From assembly GCA_039190745.1 (NCBI GenBank), contig JBCCXZ010000007.1:1-64000 (forward strand): a DNA stretch of 64,000 nucleotides, in the 5' to 3' direction. The DNA comes from Planctomycetota bacterium. Its GTDB lineage: Bacteria > Planctomycetota > Planctomycetia > Pirellulales > Lacipirellulaceae. Below the pieces are notes generated by a model that was not told where the DNA came from, searched no databases, and saw only the letters and a list, made by a program, of their open reading frames with translations. Shown here piece after piece: positions 57,873-64,000 of the stretch; positions within the stretch are counted from its first letter, which is position 1, and every line of letters begins with the position of its first letter. The position numbers and the translations under genes are program-made.

Positions 57873-59747
57873 ATGAACAAGCTGACGCTAAACGGTCGCT
57901 CTCGTCTTCTCCGCGCGTTCACGGTAGGCGTCACGGTCGCTTTCACCAGCGTCTGTTCCTACCTGACAGCGTTCCTGCTCCGCTTCGCGGGCAGCGTTAG
58001 CGCCGACCAATGGGACGTCTTCACCTCCACCGTCGGCGTCGTCGTCGGGGCCCGGCTGGCGACGATGGCCTGGTTCCGGCTCCACCGGCACTGGAACCGC
58101 TTCTTCTCGTTCCACGATCTCACCATCCTCGTGCAAGCCGTCACTGCCGGAACCGTCGCCGTGCTGATCATCGACGCCCTTGCGCTGCCCGGCTTCAGCA
58201 TCCCCCGGAGCATCATCCTTGTGGACTGGGGCACCTCCCTCGTCCTGCTCGGCGCCGTCAGCGGCATGCCCCGCCTGCTGCACGACCTCCGCTGGAACCC
58301 CTTCGAGGCGCCCACCGGCAAGCCGGTCCTCATCGTCGGTGCCAACGACGCCGGGGCCGGCCTGCTCCACGCCATCCGGCGCTCCCCTCGACTCGACTAC
58401 CGGCCCATCGGGTTCGTCGACGACCGCCCAAAAATGCACGCACGCCGCGTCGACGGCGTCGAGGTCCTCGGCACACTAGCCGACATCCCCACGCTCACCC
58501 GCAGGCACGGCGTCGAAGAGGTCCTCATCACGTCCGGCGAGCTCCCCGGCCGCAGCGTCCGCGAGCTGCTGCAGCTGACCGAAGAACACGCCTTCCGCGT
58601 CCGCGTGCTGCCTAGCTACGAGCAGCTCCTCCGCGGCAACGTCGCTGTCAAACCGCGTGACGTCGCGATCGGCGACCTGCTCCGCCGGCCCTCGGTCCAA
58701 CTCAACACCGCGGAGGTCCGCAAGTGGGTCCGCGGACGCATCGTGCTGGTGACCGGCAGCGCGGGCAGCATCGGCTCGGAGGTCGCCCGGCAGATCCTCG
58801 ACCTCGACCCCGCCAAGGTCGTGCTCCTAGACCGCTCCGAGACAGGCCAGTTCTTCCTCGAACGCGCCATCCGCCGCGAGCTGCCCGACGCCCGCATCGA
58901 GGTGGTGCTCGCAGACCTCACCGACCGCCAGCGGCTCCACTCGGTCTACCAGCAGCACCGCCCGGACATCACGTTTCACGCCGCCGCCTACAAGCATGTG
59001 CCGCTGATGGAGGCCCACCCCGGCGAGGCGGTCAAGAACATCGTGCTCGCCACCCGCAACATCGTCGACATCGTCGAAGAGTACGGCGGCGAGAGCTTCG
59101 TGATGATCTCCACCGACAAGGCCGTGAACCCCACCAGCGTGATGGGCGCCTGCAAACGGGTCGCCGAGAAGTACGTCCAGGCCAAGGCCGCCACCAGCGA
59201 CACCCGGCTCGTCACGGTGCGCTTCGGCAACGTCCTCGACTCGGCGGGCAGCGTTGTGCCGATCTTCCGCCAGCAGATCGCCGCCGGCGGCCCCGTCACC
59301 GTCACCCACCCCGACATGGTCCGCTACTTCATGCTCATCCCCGAGGCGGCCCAGCTTGTGGTGCAGGCCGGCGCAATGGGGCAGGGCGGCGAGATCTACG
59401 TCCTCGACATGGGCCAGCCGGTGCAGGTGATGAATCTCGCCCGCGACATGATCCGCCTCTCCGGCCTCCGCGAGGGCGAAGACATCGAGATCCAAGTCAC
59501 CGGCCTCCGCCCGGGCGAGAAACTCTTCGAAGAGCTCTACGGCGACGCCGAAGAGCACCGACCCACGCCGCACCCGAAAATCATGGTCGCCGCGAGCACG
59601 CCGCAGAGCATGCTGCAAACCATCGCCGACGTGAACGACCTAGTCGCCGCCGCCAACGGCTCCCACGACGCAATCCGCGCGACGCTGAAGCAGCTCGTGC
59701 CGCACCACCAGCCGACCAGCCAGCTCGCCATCCGCCGCGCCGCTTAG
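57873..59747 (+). CDS. Membrane-bound UDP-GlcNAc 4,6-dehydratase (CapD/PglF/WbpM family)
   Basis: 4 TM, LIVGA, GFVDD, DLLRR, TGSAGSIGSE, HAAAYKHVP, STDKAVNPTSVMGACKR, VRFGNVL, GLRPGEKL. Confidence 0.95.
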   Translation: MNKLTLNGRSRLLRAFTVGVTVAFTSVCSYLTAFLLRFAGSVSADQWDVFTSTVGVVVGARLATMAWFRLHRHWNRFFSFHDLTILVQAVTAGTVAVLIIDALALPGFSIPRSIILVDWGTSLVLLGAVSGMPRLLHDLRWNPFEAPTGKPVLIVGANDAGAGLLHAIRRSPRLDYRPIGFVDDRPKMHARRVDGVEVLGTLADIPTLTRRHGVEEVLITSGELPGRSVRELLQLTEEHAFRVRVLPSYEQLLRGNVAVKPRDVAIGDLLRRPSVQLNTAEVRKWVRGRIVLVTGSAGSIGSEVARQILDLDPAKVVLLDRSETGQFFLERAIRRELPDARIEVVLADLTDRQRLHSVYQQHRPDITFHAAAYKHVPLMEAHPGEAVKNIVLATRNIVDIVEEYGGESFVMISTDKAVNPTSVMGACKRVAEKYVQAKAATSDTRLVTVRFGNVLDSAGSVVPIFRQQIAAGGPVTVTHPDMVRYFMLIPEAAQLVVQAGAMGQGGEIYVLDMGQPVQVMNLARDMIRLSGLREGEDIEIQVTGLRPGEKLFEELYGDAEEHRPTPHPKIMVAASTPQSMLQTIADVNDLVAAANGSHDAIRATLKQLVPHHQPTSQLAIRRAA

Positions 59748-59819
59748 TCGCCAGCGAGATGCGTTCTCAACCGCCAACCTATACGCGTCGGCGGTCTGCG
59801 GTCCGCTCGGCGCCAGTAT

Positions 59820-60113
59820 CTAGAGGCGATCGCGGGGATCGTCCCCCAGTCGCTGCACGCGCCCATTTGGCCTCTGCCCAAGGCTCTCGATCAGACCGTC
59901 CCACAAGACAACCGCAGCGGCAAGTGAAGGCAGCAAGAACACGCCGCCAAACGACAAGGCGAGTGTCGCCAACGCAAGATCGAGCAGCCCCCACACGCCG
60001 AGCGCTACTAACAGATAGAACCCGAAGGAAGCGACAACCATACACAGCAAGAGACTCGCCACCGAAAATCGGAGTCGAGCCCTCCCGGCGGCGTTGATGC
60101 GTTTCGTTTTCAC
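59820..60113 (-). CDS. Small membrane protein
   Basis: GTG start, RLRFSVASLLL followed by two hydrophobic segments. Confidence 0.5.
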   Translation of the reverse strand: MKTKRINAAGRARLRFSVASLLLCMVVASFGFYLLVALGVWGLLDLALATLALSFGGVFLLPSLAAAVVLWDGLIESLGQRPNGRVQRLGDDPRDRL

Positions 60114-60200
60114 ACCGATTTCCCTCGCACCCGAGTCGCAACTAGGACGCGAGACCAAAAGCACCAGTTCCCGTATTCCCCGGGGTTGGAGGAGTCGAAC

Positions 60201-60569
60201 CTAGTAGGACTCGACGAACGCCTCGTAAATCACGGCCCCAGCAGAACCCGCCGCGAACAAGCCAACCGCGTGCAGCAAGGCCAACCCAGCCCCTTTCCAG
60301 CCGCGAGATGCGACCAGGTAAACCGGAAGCGCGACGAACCATAGCAGGACAGAAAGCATGATCACGACGCCCGGTAAGGGACGCCCCGAGCGGCGGGCGT
60401 CAACACTCATCCAACTCACCGCGATCACCGCCATGAAGACGCACAGAGCGAACCCGGTCCGGCTGAAGAAGGGCTGCATCCGCAACGACTCGAAGCCCCA
60501 GCAAGCCATCGAACCATAAAGCAGCAGGACAAGCGCCCAGCGCCGGCCTGAGGGTCCCTCGGTTGACAT
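60201..60569 (-). CDS. Small membrane protein (4 TM)
   Basis: WMSVDARRSG...LPVYLVASRGWKG pattern, hydrophobic. Confidence 0.7.
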   Translation of the reverse strand: MSTEGPSGRRWALVLLLYGSMACWGFESLRMQPFFSRTGFALCVFMAVIAVSWMSVDARRSGRPLPGVVIMLSVLLWFVALPVYLVASRGWKGAGLALLHAVGLFAAGSAGAVIYEAFVESY

Positions 60570-60575
60570 CGGCGA

Positions 60576-60893
60576 TTACCCCGGTTGCTCCATAAGATCG
60601 TGGCGAACCATCACCGCCAACGAACGCAGCACGGCGCCGATCGCAAACCAGTACAACCCGCCAACGACCATCACCCGAAAGACGTACTCCGGCGAGCCGC
60701 TCGGCGTCATCCAGTCGCCCAGCAGCGAGTGAACGGGGTAGTCCGCAATCCACAGCCCCACCGGCAGCAGCATCAGCGGGCTCTGGTCGTGCGTCAGCGG
60801 CGTGTTCATCACCGCCGCGAGCACAAACACCAAGAAGGTGTGCACACCGGCCAACCAGAACGCAAGCTTGTAGCGGCTAAAGAATATTAGCAT
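60576..60893 (-). CDS. Small membrane protein (3 TM)
   Basis: Hydrophobic 105-aa ORF, 6 nt upstream of the next gene. Confidence 0.65.
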   Translation of the reverse strand: MLIFFSRYKLAFWLAGVHTFLVFVLAAVMNTPLTHDQSPLMLLPVGLWIADYPVHSLLGDWMTPSGSPEYVFRVMVVGGLYWFAIGAVLRSLAVMVRHDLMEQPG

Positions 60894-61020
60894 CGGGAGA
60901 TCTCTATCCGCGGCTCAGGAGAGGACAAGCGCAGTTCGCACATTCATCATCGAACCGACTAGATTCTAACTGCAAGGCTCACAAGAAGGTAATCACCCTC
61001 CGTACATAGCACGGTTATTG

Positions 61021-61047
61021 CTTTGCGTCTTTGCGGCTTTGCGAGAG
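61021..61047. repeat. Short tandem repeat (CTTTGCG)x3, 8-nt period
   Basis: CTTTGCG-T-CTTTGCG-G-CTTTGCG-AGAG. Confidence 0.75.
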
Positions 61048-61077
61048 ACTCTTTCTCTCTCTATTCCAGCTCTAACG

Positions 61078-62739
61078 TCAACCGGAAACAACTTCCCCCC
61101 ACTCCGCGACAAAATCCTCCCCGCACTTCGGGCACCGCACGCTCCGCCCTAAGAACCCCGCCGGGGCATTGCTGCTCTTCTCACAACTTGGGCACTCCAG
61201 CCGGAACCGGTGCGGCCCGTCCTCGGCCAGCCCCTCAAAGTGCTCCGCCGCTACACGCTCGAAGTGTATGTCCGCTGCTTCTAGGGTCGTGAGCTGCTCG
61301 ACCGAAAGCTCCGGCGTCTCCGCCACCCGGTCCGCCATGCGGCGGATCGCCCGCTCGAACAGGTTCCGCACCGCCCGGCCGTTGCCGAAGTGCGCGTCCC
61401 GGCCCGCGTACAACTGAGACAGACCCAGCATCGCCTTCGCCCGAGTCAGCGGCGGCAGGCGGTAGTGGTTCTTCTCGCACATAGCGCCGAAAATCTGCGC
61501 CAACTCCACGGGACCGTAGTCCGCGAACAACAGCCGCCTGCTGAACCGCGACTGCAAGCCCGGGTTCGACTCGACGAGCCGCTCCATCTCCGCCGGGTAC
61601 CCGGCCAGGATCACGACCAGCCGGTCGCGGTCGTCTTCCATCCGCTTGAGCAGCGTCTGCACCGCCTCGCGGCCGAAGGCGTCGTCGCCCTCGGTCGAGA
61701 TCAGCGTGTACGCCTCATCGATGAACAGCACGCCGTCGAGGGCCTCGTCGATCTTCTGGTTCGTCTTCGGCCCCGTCTGCCCCGCGTACTCGGCGACCAG
61801 CCCCGAGCGGTCCGTCTCCACGAGGTGCCCCTTCGAGAGCACGCCCATCGCCCCGAACACGCGGCCGAGCAGCCGGGCGACGGTCGTCTTCCCCGTGCCG
61901 GGGTTGCCGGTGAACAGCGTGTGCAGGCTCAGCGTCGTGCTCGGCAAACCGGCTCGCTCGCGCTCGGCCTGCACCTTGAGGAAGTTGGCCAGCGTACGCA
62001 ATTCACGTTTGACCGGCGCCAGCCCGATCAACCGGTCGAGCTCCGCGAGCACGTCGTCGAGTGACTCCGCCGGCACAGCGGGCTGTTCCGCCGGCTTCTC
62101 CTCCGCCTTCACGGCCGTCTGCACCTGCGAAGACTGCTCCAAGATCTGCTGGATCGCCGTCCGCCCCGCCTGGTCGGCCGCCTGGTGCTGATCAGGTCCG
62201 TCGATGGGCACCGGACGGAGGTGGCCGATCAGCTCCTCGTGGATCGACCGCACCGCCCCGGCCTCCACCGAACCGACCGCCCCGTCGGCCCGCGCCACCA
62301 CGTTCGCCAGCCGCACGGCGATCGTCTCCAACTCACCCACCCGGTCACGCAGCGGAGCGATCTCGTCGAACGGCCGCACCAGCTCGTACCAACGCAGCTT
62401 CGCCGCCCGACCAGACATGTCGAGGATCGTCTCACGCAGTTCGTCCCCCCGCAGCGTCTTCAGCCACAGGTGCTCCACCAGCACGCGGGCCAGCTCCTGC
62501 TCCTTGGTGCTCCATCGCCGGTCCGCCTCGCAGACCGAGACGAACACCTTCACGGCCAACGCCTTGTGAAGGTGGTCCATCGTCTCGGCAAAGCAGATCC
62601 CAGGAGACGCGAGCCCGCTCGCCTCCAGTTCGCGGGGGAACTCGTGCAAGCAGGTCTGCGCGCTGGTCGCGTACAACTCGCGGCAGCGGTGCAGCAGCCG
62701 CCGGAACAGCGTCGGTGGGTCGTCGTGGTCGTCGGGCAT
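61078..62739 (-). CDS. CbbX/SpoVK-type AAA+ ATPase with TerB-like N-terminus and C-terminal zinc ribbon
   Basis: LIGLAPVK, FTGNPGTGKTTVAR, LVAEYAGQT, LFIDEAY, NPGLQSRF, GNGRAVRN; CPSC...CPKC. Confidence 0.9.
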   Translation of the reverse strand: MPDDHDDPPTLFRRLLHRCRELYATSAQTCLHEFPRELEASGLASPGICFAETMDHLHKALAVKVFVSVCEADRRWSTKEQELARVLVEHLWLKTLRGDELRETILDMSGRAAKLRWYELVRPFDEIAPLRDRVGELETIAVRLANVVARADGAVGSVEAGAVRSIHEELIGHLRPVPIDGPDQHQAADQAGRTAIQQILEQSSQVQTAVKAEEKPAEQPAVPAESLDDVLAELDRLIGLAPVKRELRTLANFLKVQAERERAGLPSTTLSLHTLFTGNPGTGKTTVARLLGRVFGAMGVLSKGHLVETDRSGLVAEYAGQTGPKTNQKIDEALDGVLFIDEAYTLISTEGDDAFGREAVQTLLKRMEDDRDRLVVILAGYPAEMERLVESNPGLQSRFSRRLLFADYGPVELAQIFGAMCEKNHYRLPPLTRAKAMLGLSQLYAGRDAHFGNGRAVRNLFERAIRRMADRVAETPELSVEQLTTLEAADIHFERVAAEHFEGLAEDGPHRFRLECPSCEKSSNAPAGFLGRSVRCPKCGEDFVAEWGEVVSG

Positions 62740-62924
62740 GGCCTCATTATCTGCTAGCAATCCGCCTCGGGAAGGGCAGGCTACACAACACTTCGACGGG
62801 GCCGCCAAATGCTTGCTAGCAGGCGTTTGTTTTTGAACGACTGAGGTTGTAAGCAGGCCCGAGCTGGGAAAGAATCCGCGCAGGCGTTGTCGATCGCGTG
62901 TTGCTTCCACTCACGAGGGGCCAG

Positions 62925-63755
62925 ATGCTGCTCAACCCGCCGCGGCTTTCTGTCAACGAGCTGACCACCTACCGCTGGTCGCTTGAAGAGGACGTCTTCC
63001 ACTACGCCGCCGCGGGGTACAACGCCATCGGCGTCTGGCGACGCAAGCTCGAAGACTTCGGCGAAGAGCGCGGGGTCGAGCTCATCCGCGAGTCCGGACT
63101 GCAGGTGACCCACCTCTCTTGGGCCGGCGGTTTCACCGGGGCCGAGATCGCCACCTTCGACGAATGCGTCGCCGACGCGAAGCACGCCATCCGCCTCGCC
63201 GCCGACCTCAACGCGGGCTGCCTGGTCGTCCACCCAGGCGGACGCAACAACCACACCTTCCGCCACGCCGGTCGGCTGCTCCGCACTGCGCTCGACGAAC
63301 TCGTGATCGCCGCGGAGCTTCAAGGCGTCACCCTCGCCCTCGAACCGATGCACCCCGCCTGCGCCGCCGACTGGACGTTCCTCACCGACGTCGAGTCCGC
63401 CCTGGCGGTCGTCGAACACTACAACTCGCCGGCGCTCAAACTCGTGCTCGACACCTACCACTTCGGCCACGACCGCTCGCTCTTGGCGAACCTCCCCGAG
63501 GTCGTGCCCCACTTAGCCTTGGTGCAGCTCGCCGACCGCGAGCTGGCCCACGGCATCGACCACGACCGCTGCGTCCTCGGCAGCGGCCGCGTCCCGCTGG
63601 GTGAGGTCGTCGACGGCCTCCTCGACGCCGGATACGATGGCGACTTCGACATCGAGCTCCACGGAGCCGATATCGAAACGCGCGACTACCACTCCCTGCT
63701 CGCCGAAACCCAAGGCGTCCTCGACTCGCTCCTGAGGCCCGCGGCAACGGCTTAG
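62925..63755 (+). CDS. Sugar phosphate isomerase/epimerase (xylose isomerase-like TIM barrel)
   Basis: LALEPMHP, LDTYH, VQLAD, G.G.VPL, GYDG.FDIE. Confidence 0.9.
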   Translation: MLLNPPRLSVNELTTYRWSLEEDVFHYAAAGYNAIGVWRRKLEDFGEERGVELIRESGLQVTHLSWAGGFTGAEIATFDECVADAKHAIRLAADLNAGCLVVHPGGRNNHTFRHAGRLLRTALDELVIAAELQGVTLALEPMHPACAADWTFLTDVESALAVVEHYNSPALKLVLDTYHFGHDRSLLANLPEVVPHLALVQLADRELAHGIDHDRCVLGSGRVPLGEVVDGLLDAGYDGDFDIELHGADIETRDYHSLLAETQGVLDSLLRPAATA

Positions 63756-63798
63756 CCCGCGCCTATGGCGTTTAGCCTCAGCACAGCGAGCCCCCCGC

Positions 63799-64000
63799 AT
63801 GTCCCGAGCACTGGTCGTCGAGCCCGGCTGGATCGTCGACGCCGCGGAGCTCTCTTTCTCGTTCGCCCGCAGCTCGGGCCCCGGCGGGCAGAACGTCAAC
63901 AAAGTGAACACCAAGGCGACGCTCCGCTGGAAAGTCGGCGAGAGCGGCTCGGTCTCGCCGGCGGTCAGAGACCGCTTCTTGCAGCGTTACCCGCACCGGC
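63799..64000 (+). CDS. arfB: Alternative ribosome-rescue peptidyl-tRNA hydrolase ArfB, partial
   Basis: Not in the ORF track. Manual translation MSRALVVEPGWIVDAAELSFSFARSSGPGGQNVNKVNTKATLRW carries the GGQ motif. Confidence 0.92.
   Translation, partial: MSRALVVEPGWIVDAAELSFSFARSSGPGGQNVNKVNTKATLRWKVGESGSVSPAVRDRFLQRYPHR

Noticed and set aside
61078..62739. RuBisCO activase or type VII secretion assignment for the AAA ATPase
   Set aside because: Family similarity only; no cbbL/cbbS or ecc genes nearby and the extra domains differ.

Overview
GC-rich bacterial chromosome segment, most likely from a planctomycete (inference: LEERLAMS-type N-terminal motif, PEP-CTERM protein, MfnB, DUF11 protein, membrane Ser/Thr kinase). 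About 50 CDS and one tRNA-Ser(GGA). It carries housekeeping genes (rho, rnd, bioB, leuCD, corA, MscS, CheY-like, arfB), secreted enzymes (M14-like peptidase, PEP-CTERM nuclease, S8 protease with a long repeat tail) and a 16-gene surface-polysaccharide locus (36978-59747: fnlABC, a WbuB-phosphoglycosyltransferase fusion, aminotransferase, ATP-grasp, HAD, two methyltransferases, wzx, wzy, wza, wzc, O-antigen ligase-TPR, CapD/PglF). Top observation: the two ORFs at 648-4304 (minus strand) form one reading frame (lipoprotein FG-GAP/ASPIC-UnbV/CxxC redoxin/TPR) broken only by a single in-frame TGA, followed at the expected spacing by a hairpin resembling the E. coli fdhF SECIS, so it is a candidate selenoprotein. 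Second: 9 of 16 polysaccharide-locus proteins end in Ala-Ala, an ssrA/ClpXP-like degron. No integrase, transposase or CRISPR array was seen. All calls come from reading motifs by eye; no searches were run and start codons are best estimates.
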